A stretch of 64,000 bases of DNA from a virus. Taxonomy: Duplodnaviria; Caudoviricetes. Made by a program: the position numbers and the translations under genes. Below the pieces are notes generated by a model, which had not been told where the DNA came from, searched no databases, and saw only the letters and a program-made list of their open reading frames with translations. The stretch spans positions 8,928 through 72,927 of the IMG/VR virus record IMGVR_UViG_3300032330_002145; one strand, 5' to 3'. Below, in pieces: positions 19,690-30,100 of this stretch (positions are counted from its first letter, which is position 1; the number at the start of each line of letters is the position of its first letter).

Positions 19690-20070
19690 TTATAACAAGG
19701 ATTCGATTAACTTACTTGCGGTAGAATAATTTGTTGCAAGTGGTATATCATGAACGTTACAAATTCTTAATAACATACTAACATCCACTTGATGTGGATG
19801 AACTTCTAAAGGGTCGATAAAGAAAATAACCATATCGACCCTTTTTTCTGTTATTAAAGATGCTATTTGGGCATCACCACCCATTGGACCACTTAACATC
19901 CTTTGAACCTTCTGTAATCCCGCATGTATCAGGTGTTTACCTGTTGTACCTGTTGCAATTACTTCAACGTTCTCTGATGTAAAGAAATCAAGTCGTTTCA
20001 TGACGAATGAGACCATATCGGCCTTCTTTCCATCATGAGATATCAGAGCTATCTTTATCTTGTCCTGCAT
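19690..20070 (-). CDS. mgsA: Methylglyoxal synthase
   Basis: IALISHDGKK, ATGTTG, SGPMGGDAQI, FFIDP, PHQVDV, LLRICNVHDIPLATN. Confidence 0.93.
   Translation of the reverse strand: MQDKIKIALISHDGKKADMVSFVMKRLDFFTSENVEVIATGTTGKHLIHAGLQKVQRMLSGPMGGDAQIASLITEKRVDMVIFFIDPLEVHPHQVDVSMLLRICNVHDIPLATNYSTASKLIESLL
19808..19847 (+). terminator. Terminator-like hairpin embedded antisense in mgsA
   Basis: Perfect 12-bp stem aaagggtcgata/tatcgacccttt, 13-nt loop, T-run. Confidence 0.5.
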
Positions 20071-20275
20071 GGTCCTTTTCTGTTAAAATTCTTATTGATT
20101 TTGATATTACCTCAGCTTCGATTAATGAATATGCTCCAGCTCTATATGCGTGGGATACCGCTTCGAGTAATAGGTATTGTGCGTTTGGTTTATCTAATGA
20201 TAGTAACATCACCTCAAATTGTTCAGGTGTGTGTAGGTTAATTGTTCCAAAAAGTTTTGCGAATGTATTTTCCAT
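20033..20275 (-). CDS. Small hypothetical protein
   Basis: 80-aa ORF upstream of and overlapping mgsA. Confidence 0.55.
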   Translation of the reverse strand: MENTFAKLFGTINLHTPEQFEVMLLSLDKPNAQYLLLEAVSHAYRAGAYSLIEAEVISKSIRILTEKDHAGQDKDSSDIS

Positions 20276-20315
20276 GAAATGAAATATTTATATAATAATA
20301 ACTTATCCAAGTATA

Positions 20316-21032
20316 ATGATAAAGAATTTAGACAAGATAATCAAACGAGTTTTAAAAGAGGCGACGGGAACAAGTGGTGGAGGAAGAGGTTCGTATGTAT
20401 TACCTGTTCAACCAGGTGTTAAACTCTTTGATAAATCACAACTTGCTCCATTCACAGATGAGGTGTCTAAGTATATTGATGCTGAATTGGAATACGATAG
20501 TTATGACGGTACAATGAGTACTCCAAAAAAAGAAATTAAAAAATTGGAAGATAAGGCAGAAAAAATATCAAAATATAAAAAGAAACATCCTATTCAAAAC
20601 GATGATGATGGGGATAATATAAATCCTAAATTTAATAATAAAAAAATTAAAACAGATATTTCTAAACCTTTTATTAGTGAAGATTTGGCGGTATGGTTTG
20701 GAACTAAAAAGAAACCAAAAGGAAGTAGTCAACCAAAAGGTCCTTGGGTTAATATTTGTCGTAAAGATGAAAACGGTAAACATCCACCATGTGGAAGACC
20801 TGAAGCCTCTGACAAGGGATATCCTAAATGTCGTGCTGCGGGTGTTGCAAGCAAGATGTCTGATTCTGAAAAACGTTCAGCGTGTCAACAAAAAAGAAAG
20901 GCTGAAAAAACACATTCTAAATCAGGTACAGGAAATGCTCCAAAAATGGTTTCTTATAAACCTAAAAAGAAAAATGTTACTATTACCGAATCTCAACTTG
21001 AGATGATTGTCAACTTAATTAAGAATTCTTAA
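20316..21032 (+). CDS. Basic hypothetical protein with a Cys-containing C-terminal domain (WVNIC...CGR...GYPKC)
   Basis: Leader IIKRVLKE; ATATTTAT at 20284-20291. Confidence 0.6.
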   Translation: MIKNLDKIIKRVLKEATGTSGGGRGSYVLPVQPGVKLFDKSQLAPFTDEVSKYIDAELEYDSYDGTMSTPKKEIKKLEDKAEKISKYKKKHPIQNDDDGDNINPKFNNKKIKTDISKPFISEDLAVWFGTKKKPKGSSQPKGPWVNICRKDENGKHPPCGRPEASDKGYPKCRAAGVASKMSDSEKRSACQQKRKAEKTHSKSGTGNAPKMVSYKPKKKNVTITESQLEMIVNLIKNS

Positions 21033-21158
21033 TTATTTCATTTCACACTTTTTATCAGTTTTCTTACAACACTCTTTTTGTGTATTACAAGATGATACAA
21101 GAGCTGATAGAACAGCCAATGCTAACAAAACAATTAATTGGTATTTACGGATGTTCAT
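21033..21158 (-). CDS. 41-aa lipoprotein absent from the ORF track
   Basis: MNIRKYQLIVLLALAVLSALVSS-CNTQKECCKKTDKKCEMK: basic N-terminus, hydrophobic core, lipobox Cys. Confidence 0.7.
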   Translation of the reverse strand: MNIRKYQLIVLLALAVLSALVSSCNTQKECCKKTDKKCEMK

Positions 21159-21577
21159 GATAAAATTGTTGGTTGGTTAATCTTATTATAAATAGTGTCA
21201 AGTGAATGCTTGATATGAAACTCCAAATCGTTTTCCATTCTCATGGCTCTTGCTTCCATTTCCTTGAAGAAATATTTCTCGAGTTTAATCCACTGTTCGT
21301 TATTCAATTTAATGAAGTAACTGTATGTGTGGTTTGTGATTGTTACTTCTCCACCTTCCATAGTAATGAAGATACCGTGTTCTTCATTCTTGATGTAAAT
21401 CTTATATGAAATTGGTGCGAATAGTAATTCAGAGTTTTGGTCATGAATTAATTTTCTACAGATATATGAACACTGTTTTGCATTGAAACCATGTTTCTCT
21501 GTGTCATACGTGTTGCGACGATTTAACTTTCGTAAGTAAATCTTGTAACGTGCTACTAATCTTTTTATGAATCTCAT
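21155..21577 (-). CDS. Hypothetical protein
   Basis: 140-aa ORF downstream of a complete Bacteroidota-type promoter. Confidence 0.6.
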   Translation of the reverse strand: MRFIKRLVARYKIYLRKLNRRNTYDTEKHGFNAKQCSYICRKLIHDQNSELLFAPISYKIYIKNEEHGIFITMEGGEVTITNHTYSYFIKLNNEQWIKLEKYFFKEMEARAMRMENDLEFHIKHSLDTIYNKINQPTILS

Positions 21578-21594
21578 TTATTCTTTATTTGTCA

Positions 21595-21626
21595 CAAAGA
21601 TATATAAAAAAAGAAATAGTATCAAA
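21595..21626 (-). promoter_or_regulatory. Bacteroidota primary-sigma promoter (TTTG-N20-TAnnTTTG)
   Basis: Minus strand: TTTG at 21626-21623, 20-nt spacer, TATCTTTG at 21602-21595. Confidence 0.7.
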
Positions 21627-21635
21627 ATTTTTTTT

Positions 21636-21661
21636 AAAAAAAAAGGACTTAAAGTCCTTTT
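21636..21661 (-). terminator. Intrinsic terminator closing the minus-strand structural block
   Basis: aaaaggact-tta-agtcctttt followed by a T-run on the minus strand. Confidence 0.75.
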
Positions 21662-21665
21662 AATA

Positions 21666-22121
21666 TTAACAGTAAGGTGGAGAACACCTTTTCTTACCAT
21701 CTAAACCTTTCATTCTACCCTGACATACTTGAACGGCGAACCCATTTCCATAAGCTGAGGGCCAAACTTTAAATTTTGCCTTAGCAGCTGACTTACCACG
21801 AGCACATAATTTTGTTCCCGCTTTTTTTCTTCCTTCCATCATGACCATATCTTTATCATCAACATCCATTGATAATTCCATACCGTCTCTTTTGGTTTCA
21901 TTCATTAAGAAATCAAATACTTGGTCAAGATTATTTTTAGATTCAGCAACGTGGTCTTGTGCCCAATCGTGTCCGTTATCCAAGATGGAATCAACCATGT
22001 CTCTTTCTAAATCCAATAGAAGGTCACATTGTCTTCTCATCTGTTCAAGGTTTGAAAAGAACATATATCTGTCTGATTGTTCTTTAAGAATTTTTTTAAT
22101 TTTTAAATCTAAGTTGTTCAT
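21666..22121 (-). CDS. Hypothetical protein with a basic C-terminal LCARGK...WPSAYGNG...C domain
   Basis: Leader LDLKIKKILKE; PSAY motif recalled from phage proteins. Confidence 0.6.
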   Translation of the reverse strand: MNNLDLKIKKILKEQSDRYMFFSNLEQMRRQCDLLLDLERDMVDSILDNGHDWAQDHVAESKNNLDQVFDFLMNETKRDGMELSMDVDDKDMVMMEGRKKAGTKLCARGKSAAKAKFKVWPSAYGNGFAVQVCQGRMKGLDGKKRCSPPYC

Positions 22122-22126
22122 ATTTT

Positions 22127-24766
22127 TTAACTATTATATCCGTTATTACCTCCTAAGGCTATTGCGTCTTGTTGTATTACTGCTTGACCGTATAGGTTTG
22201 TCCAATAAGGGTGTTCAACACTTGTTGTTACTGTACCACCGCTACAATCTATGTCACATATAAATACTTCAGTTCCTGCACTTATTGGAATGTTGAATGG
22301 GTCGTATAACCAAAGTCTTGCTAAATAGTTAACATCATATCCTTGATACTGATTAAACCAACCTCCAACTAAAACTTTATAATGGTCTTGTTGAAGTATA
22401 TAGTTTACTTGACCATTAAATCCTCCCACAATATTCAAATCATCACTAATGCTTCCATCTGAGTTTAACATGTTAAAATTCACATAACCTGAGTCATAAT
22501 AACCACCAATTAAAATTTTTCCTGTGTCAAGTATTTCAATTGCTTGTATATAACCCCAATCTATATTATTATCTTGGAATGTTGTGTCAACGGTTCCGTC
22601 AGTGTTAAATCTTATAATATGGTTATATGAATTACCTGAATATTCACTAAACCATCCAACACATAGGAATTTACCATCAGGTTGTTGTATTATTCTTGAA
22701 ACACGGTTATTAAATCCTGGGTCACCCATTGTAAAATCATTTGAACCGTCAGGGTTTAATCTGACAATTCTTTCTGCGGTATTACCATTATATACTGTAA
22801 ACCATCCACCGACAACTATTTTACCATCGTCTTGTACTATTATAGAATAAACATTACCATTTTGGTTATTCTCAAAACCGGTACCAACATTAAAAGAAGT
22901 ATCTACTGTACCGTCAGAATTTAATCTAATTAAACCTCTTGAAGCAACATTTCCTGTACCATCATTGTATCCACTAAAATTTCCTCCTACTAATATCTTA
23001 CCATCAGGTTGTAATGTAATTACACGAACTTGACCATTAAAAGTATTTCCTGTTGGGAAAGTACCATCTAATGTTCCGTCAGAGTTAAGTCTTGCCATGT
23101 ATCTGGTTTGAATATTTGAATCCTGAGGGTCATAATATTGAAAAACACCACCCACCAATATTTTATCACCTTGTAATTCAATTGCTTGGACAACATCATC
23201 AAAAGTATAACCTGAAAAGAAAGTGTTATCTATTGTTCCATCAGGATTTAATCTCTTAATATAACCGGCATCTTCATTATTGTAATTTTCAAAACGACCT
23301 CCGATTAATATTTTTCCATCGGTTTGTTTTTTAATAATAAAAACCATATCATAAGGCCCATAATTTCCTTCATTAAACGTTGTATCAAGTTGTCCTGCGT
23401 ATGTTGGAAATGTATCAGGTGTATATAAGATTGTCCATCCTCTTGTATTTGTTAATAAGTTGATGAATGATAATGCATTTTGAGATGGATTAAAATTTGG
23501 CTCTTGTTCTTGAATATCAAGAAATACATTAACCGCACCTGACAAATAACCTGCTTCTAATAAACTTGTAAATACTGAAGAACCAATTGAATTGTTATTT
23601 AAATAAATGCGTTCAACTGTTGAAAAATTAATATAATTATAAGAACTAATATTATTATTTGGTATATTATATTCTAAGATGTTGTTATTTGGTAAATTTA
23701 AATAATTTAAATTAGAATTGTTTATGTTAATATAATTTCCACTATAGTTAGAAACGTCAAATGTTTCTAATAAGGTACAATTATAAATGTAGAATGGAGT
23801 GGACGAAGGAATTAAATCACCAATAATAGATTTTAAACTATAATTATCATAAGTATTACTTTGATAATTTATAAGTAGGTTGCTAAATGTTAGTGATTCT
23901 AAATTATTATTAGATTGTATATAAAAATAATCAGCATCTAATCCACTAACCATTATTGATTTTAAATTATTATTACTTTGACAAGTAAATTGATAGGTTT
24001 TAAAATTAGATATTAGTAAAGTTTCTAAGCCATTATTATTTGTTATATATAAACTAATTCCCCCCAAAGTATATGTTAACCCGTTTAAATTTAAATTTTT
24101 AATTTTGTCATTATTATAAATCTGAATATTATTATAACTACTTGGTGGAGGTGTCCAAGGATTTGGAAATGTGCATCCTGACAAACTTAATAAATTGCTT
24201 AAATTCAAACCATATACTAAACTTAATGTTGATAAATCTAAATCTTTTATGTTTGGACTACTATACAAACTTAAACTTCTTAAATTAGTACATCCAGTTA
24301 AAATTAAAGTATTAAAATAACCTTGAAGACTAATACCAGTAATATTAGAATTGGATATTTCAAGGTCAGTCATTAATCCTGTTAAACTCACACCATTTAA
24401 CGAGGTTGATGTTGATAAATCAAATGAAGGGCTAAGATAAAGATTTGTGGTACTAGTACTTTCTAAAATAAGTAAATTAACACAATTATTAATTGTTAAT
24501 CCTGTTAAAGTGTTACCAAAATTAACTATTCTTTTAACATTATTTGAAGTACATGTGATTTCAATAGTTGGATTAAAAAAATAAAAAATACCATTGTTAG
24601 GTGTGAGAGTAACTGTATAGATGTTTGAACTTACATAAGTATGGTAAAACATACCTGAACCACTTGAAAGTGGTGAACCATCACCCCAATCAACCGTAGT
24701 TGAGTTATCAGAAAATACTTGTGTAGATAAACCTAATGATGTATCAACCTTAAAATATAGAGCCAT
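22127..24766 (-). CDS. Fibre/adhesin-like protein: WGDG domain, LRR-like solenoid, Delta-60/DUF5122-like beta-propeller, shared C-terminal module
   Basis: Repeated QPDGKILVGG...RLNSDGTLD units; LxLxxxxxL repeats. Confidence 0.75.
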   Translation of the reverse strand: MALYFKVDTSLGLSTQVFSDNSTTVDWGDGSPLSSGSGMFYHTYVSSNIYTVTLTPNNGIFYFFNPTIEITCTSNNVKRIVNFGNTLTGLTINNCVNLLILESTSTTNLYLSPSFDLSTSTSLNGVSLTGLMTDLEISNSNITGISLQGYFNTLILTGCTNLRSLSLYSSPNIKDLDLSTLSLVYGLNLSNLLSLSGCTFPNPWTPPPSSYNNIQIYNNDKIKNLNLNGLTYTLGGISLYITNNNGLETLLISNFKTYQFTCQSNNNLKSIMVSGLDADYFYIQSNNNLESLTFSNLLINYQSNTYDNYSLKSIIGDLIPSSTPFYIYNCTLLETFDVSNYSGNYININNSNLNYLNLPNNNILEYNIPNNNISSYNYINFSTVERIYLNNNSIGSSVFTSLLEAGYLSGAVNVFLDIQEQEPNFNPSQNALSFINLLTNTRGWTILYTPDTFPTYAGQLDTTFNEGNYGPYDMVFIIKKQTDGKILIGGRFENYNNEDAGYIKRLNPDGTIDNTFFSGYTFDDVVQAIELQGDKILVGGVFQYYDPQDSNIQTRYMARLNSDGTLDGTFPTGNTFNGQVRVITLQPDGKILVGGNFSGYNDGTGNVASRGLIRLNSDGTVDTSFNVGTGFENNQNGNVYSIIVQDDGKIVVGGWFTVYNGNTAERIVRLNPDGSNDFTMGDPGFNNRVSRIIQQPDGKFLCVGWFSEYSGNSYNHIIRFNTDGTVDTTFQDNNIDWGYIQAIEILDTGKILIGGYYDSGYVNFNMLNSDGSISDDLNIVGGFNGQVNYILQQDHYKVLVGGWFNQYQGYDVNYLARLWLYDPFNIPISAGTEVFICDIDCSGGTVTTSVEHPYWTNLYGQAVIQQDAIALGGNNGYNS

Positions 24767-24801
24767 TTCTTTGTTTTATAATAAATATTACGATAAATAA
24801 A

Positions 24802-27174
24802 TTATGCGTAATATCCATCGGTTCCACCCAATTGAATTGAGTCTAATAAAGAAATTGCTTTACCAAATTGGTCGGTCCAAGTAGCGTGATTAACTGTTGA
24901 GGTATAAGTTGTACCACTACAATCTTCAAAACAAACAATCGTTTCATTTCCAACTTCGATAGGTAATGAACATAATGTACAGTTAAGATATCTATTACCA
25001 GGATTAACACGTAAATAGTTATTTTCTATTGGACATGACGTTAATAGTCTCCAACATGTTCCATCAATTAAAATAACAGGTGTATAGTTATACGTATTAA
25101 ATAATCCTGTCATTTCAATATATAATTCTAAATCAACATTAACATATTGTTGTTGTTTGTTATCACAAGTAATAATTGATATTGCTATTGTGCTATTTTC
25201 TTGACATGTTGTACAGTCAACGTAAGGTACTGTATCAGGAGTATAGTAAAAATCTATATCTGTTGGTTCAACACGACCTGTATCACCACTTAATCTGTAA
25301 CATAGATAATCTGTATTACCGTAATGGGCTTTAACAATGTCACCTTCATAGAATGTACTTCCAGTTGTTGCAATTTTTTCCCACTCTCCACCAATACATT
25401 CTTGACCCCACCATGTGTCAATGTTCGCTGATTGACAATCTTCACATGTCTCAAATGAGAAGAAACTGTATAATGCACTTGTGCTATATCCTGAACCTGG
25501 TTGAATATCTATTACAGTTGTACAACCATAAATAGGATGAAATATTACAGTACCAAAAGGGACATAACTATAAGATTGGACATACCACCTTTGTTCTGGT
25601 GGACATGATTCTAACAAGTAAATAACACCATTACATTGAATACAATCTTGACATGTTGGTGATGGTTCGTAATCTAAGAATTCATTGATGGTAACAGATT
25701 CTTCTGTTTCAGGACCCACTTGCCAACAACTATTGTTGAAGTTTAAGTTTGTAACATCTCCTTGTCCAAATAATACTGAACCCCACACTACTTCTTCTGA
25801 ACCGTCAAGACAGTTTATGATTTTTCTTTTAACTTGAGAGTTTGTTTGACACTCTGTACAATCATTAAATCCACCTTGTGATATTAATGTTGCGGTTGCA
25901 AATGGTACATTACTAACTTCAATTACTTGACCACAGAATAAGTCAACTTCACCAAAAGGTATAAATGTAATAATTTCACCATTATAAGTATCAATTATTG
26001 GAATATAATAATTTAATCCATCACAACCATAAACTAACCATATTGGTGTGTGTTCTGTTAAACAACTTGTACAACCATCTGTAAATTTAGTGTCTCCGTA
26101 ACTTGTTGATACTTCGTATGTTTGAACTTCTAAAGTTATAAGAAATGTTTCACTTAATTTGTAATAATCAGTTCTTACATCTTGAAAAATATAACATCCC
26201 TTATATATGTATTCTTTTCTGTCGGAAGTAAATACGATATTCAAGTAATAAACATTATTTTGAATTGGTACAAAATCAAATATTAACATTGGTACCCAAA
26301 ACCCTTCTCCTGTGATACAATCTCTTAATAAGTACGCTCCTGTACTATAACCTTGCATACAAGAAAGACAACTATCATATCCTGTATTTGCATTTATTCT
26401 AAATGCGGTACCTGATGTTCCTGAAAATGTTGATGAATAATTTAATGAAACAGGAGAACCAACACCACCTAATGGTCTTACCAAACCACCATGAGGATTA
26501 TATTGTATTACTAAGTCAACAATATTTTGATTACTGTTATGAAAAATATAACTATATACTAAATTTTCAGAACCAAATGGTAATGTAAAATCATTTAAAT
26601 AAGTACCTTGAAGTTGTATTACAAAATTTTGATTACTGTTTGTATAACCTGTATATATTGAATATATTAATGCGTCATTATCGTTATCAACATCACCATA
26701 TTCCGATATAAAAATACCTTTTTGACCAAATTCAGGAGAAAGAGAGTTACCAGGATAATTTTGGTAAAAACAACAACCATCATAATAACTATCAAAATTT
26801 AAAATACCATTTGATAAAACATATATTTGTGGAGTATTCTGTGTGAAAAAATAAAAATTACCAAAAGGATTTGGGAAATCCCATTCTATGTTATCAAACC
26901 CAATACTATTTTGGTCATATAATGTTAAATCACCTGTCGTTATTGATGAGTAAGGTATTGGAGTAACAGTACTACCATTAATTTTATCATTAGTTCCGAT
27001 ACCAAAACTACCAAATTTACCTTCACCAGTGTATAATCCTAAAACGGTAACGCAAGGAACTGTAGAATCATCTGTAGCATAAACACCACCAATGGTTAAT
27101 GGAATATCACTTCCAATTGTTCCTATTTGATTATTAAAACAACTTGTTCCACTATATATAAACGGGTATGCCAT
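24802..27174 (-). CDS. Cys-rich fibre-like structural protein
   Basis: Repeated CxxC modules; C-terminal module shared with both neighbours. Confidence 0.65.
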   Translation of the reverse strand: MAYPFIYSGTSCFNNQIGTIGSDIPLTIGGVYATDDSTVPCVTVLGLYTGEGKFGSFGIGTNDKINGSTVTPIPYSSITTGDLTLYDQNSIGFDNIEWDFPNPFGNFYFFTQNTPQIYVLSNGILNFDSYYDGCCFYQNYPGNSLSPEFGQKGIFISEYGDVDNDNDALIYSIYTGYTNSNQNFVIQLQGTYLNDFTLPFGSENLVYSYIFHNSNQNIVDLVIQYNPHGGLVRPLGGVGSPVSLNYSSTFSGTSGTAFRINANTGYDSCLSCMQGYSTGAYLLRDCITGEGFWVPMLIFDFVPIQNNVYYLNIVFTSDRKEYIYKGCYIFQDVRTDYYKLSETFLITLEVQTYEVSTSYGDTKFTDGCTSCLTEHTPIWLVYGCDGLNYYIPIIDTYNGEIITFIPFGEVDLFCGQVIEVSNVPFATATLISQGGFNDCTECQTNSQVKRKIINCLDGSEEVVWGSVLFGQGDVTNLNFNNSCWQVGPETEESVTINEFLDYEPSPTCQDCIQCNGVIYLLESCPPEQRWYVQSYSYVPFGTVIFHPIYGCTTVIDIQPGSGYSTSALYSFFSFETCEDCQSANIDTWWGQECIGGEWEKIATTGSTFYEGDIVKAHYGNTDYLCYRLSGDTGRVEPTDIDFYYTPDTVPYVDCTTCQENSTIAISIITCDNKQQQYVNVDLELYIEMTGLFNTYNYTPVILIDGTCWRLLTSCPIENNYLRVNPGNRYLNCTLCSLPIEVGNETIVCFEDCSGTTYTSTVNHATWTDQFGKAISLLDSIQLGGTDGYYA

Positions 27175-27198
27175 ATTTTTTATTTATAAATATATGTT

Positions 27199-30100
27199 TT
27201 ATCCATTATATCCAGTTTGTCCTCCCAAACCAACAGCATTATTTTGTATAACGGCTTGACCGTATTGATTTGTCCAATAAGGATGGTTAACGGATACTGT
27301 GTATGTACCTCCTGAACAATTTTGTAAACAAAGTACGGTCTCAGAATTTGCTTCCAATGGGTCACCACAACTTTCACAGTTATAATAAATGTAAGTTGGA
27401 TTAATTGGGTAATGGTCAGGACTAAATGGACATTCATTTAATACTCTATAACAAGTATCACCAAATAAGAAAACAGGTCTTGGAATGGTGTCGTTATAAC
27501 CAGTTAGGATAAACCATAATGATAAAGACACATTAACAAACATACTGTTTTGATTACCACAATCGATAATTGATATCGATACACTAACCCCGTCAGAACA
27601 GTTTTCACAACTTGGTTTAACTACAGAATCTGCGAAATAGAAATCTCTATTTAGATTGATATACTGATATTCTGATTGTGGTATTTTATAATTTAACGTA
27701 AAACAAACAAAATCAGTTTCACCCCATTTAACATTTACTAAATCACCTGAGTTGTAAACTCCTGAGTTTGTTACCACATATGAGAATTTATCTGTAACAC
27801 AGTTATACGATTCCCACACATCAAACCCCACATTTGTACAATCTTCGCACGTCTCAAAAGTTTCAAAACTATAGAAATTATGTGAGGTAATACCTGATGA
27901 TGGTAGGATGTCATATATTACACTACAACCATTTTTTGGATGGTAGAAGTATGAATTAAGAGATGCGTATTGATAAGAATCAATTTCACCCAATCTATAT
28001 ACGTCACCAAATGTTACACTTACAATACTACCACCCCACTGTGTTGAGAAATAATATTCATTTGTCACTGAATTATATTGAACAAATTGATAACTTCCAT
28101 TAGGTATTGGAGTTTGTACTTGAGATAGTGTTAGATATACTGGGTCAAAAATATAAATTCCACCATTAGGAACTATTAGTTTTCCAGAGATTGGGTCTTT
28201 TATAACATCATATTGTATGTTAGTATTAACATAAAATAATTGATTAATATTACAATCAATAAAACGACCATTTCCAAAAATTCTATTTGTTCCATTATCG
28301 TAGAACATTTTTTGAGAATAATTCATAGAACTATAATATGTACTTTCAATATTAAAAGTTGTTCTATTAATTATATAATACCAACCAGAATAATAGTCCG
28401 AAACATATATTTTATCACTACTTGTGTTAAGTACAATACCTGATGGATAAGGTGATGGAAGATTAATTGGTGAAACCAAAGTCTCTGTGGTTAAATTTAA
28501 AACTAATACCCATGAAGATAAGAAATTTGTTAACCATATGTAATTTGTTATACTATCATAAAAATAAGAATGAAAAGTACCAGCATAAGGTGATGAATAT
28601 ATTAAAGTATTTACTCCCGTTGTTGTATTAAATTTCCATAAGTTATTACTATTACAATAATAAATAAATCCATTTGATGGATGTAAAAAGAAAAAATTCT
28701 GAACTTGAAATACAACACCATAAACTGTTATGATTGTATTTGTAAGTACATTATATTTTACAATATTTGTATCATTATTAATGGTAAACCAAATTATATT
28801 ATTTGTTTGGTCAAATTGTAAAAATCTTGGACTACCATAACTAGTTTTAATAGATGTATTTATAATATCTAATGATGGTGTACATGCGGACCAGAAGTAA
28901 TGAACTCCATTACATTGAATACACTCCTGACATGATGGATAATTATCAAAATCCAAGAATTCATTAAGTGTTACCTCTTGGTCAGTTTCAGGACCAACTT
29001 CATAACAACCTTCACCCGTTTGAATGTGTGTAATGTTACCTTCAGCAAATAACAAAGAACCCCACACTACTTCTTGGTTTCCGTTAAGACAGTTTGTTAA
29101 TATTCTTTTCTTAGCCACAGCAGATAAACAATCCTCACACACAACGTTACCAAGTATGGTGATTAGTGATGAATCTATAGGGTCAGATTCGGTAATACCT
29201 CTAATATATCCACAATATTGGTCAACCTCACCAATTGGTGTGTAAGTTACCAAACCGTCAACACCTGATGATGACGGATAACCAACAACGTGTATATCTC
29301 CTGATACACAATCCTCAACTAAAAATCTTATCAAGTTGTTTGTGAAACATTCTGAACAATCAACATATGGTAATGATATTGAATTAAATGACATAGACTC
29401 ATCAGGTCGTTGAGGTTGTAAACCAATTACAGTAAAACAAGTTTGATGTAGTATTGGTTCTTTACCATATGTAAAATCTAAGAAATAGACTTCACCAAGT
29501 GTTGGTAAAAATCCTATGGAACTTAATGGAATAAAATATATTTCACCACTTAAACATTGTTGGAAAAATACTTGATAATTAGGGTCATCATTTAAATAAC
29601 ACTCATAACAAGAAGTTAATCCTGTTGTTGTAATTGTTCCTTCGGTATTTATTTCACTTGTCTCACCTGATATTGTTACACAAGTTCCACGATTAGTTAT
29701 TACAATGTCACCTGGTGTTAAAATATTTGTTTCATTATATCCGATAATAATTGTTTCTTGTGAAAAACATGTTGTTCCACTATATCTTGTAACATTTAAA
29801 TCTTCTGAACACTCAATACAGTTATTATATAAATTTGAAGTTACAAGTGGATATGTATTATCAATTGGACATTGATTTAATAATAAATGACATTTTCCAT
29901 CATATTGTAAAACTGGAGTTGCAGGATTACTATCGCCACCCGTTAATCTTAAGTAATCATATAATGACACTGTAATATAAGAAGCTGATGCATAATCACA
30001 GTCAATAATTGTTATACCTACGGTACTACCTGATGAACATTCTGCACAAGTATTGAACGGTGTTTGAGTTAGTGAGTAATAATAGTTAAGTGTATTTGGG

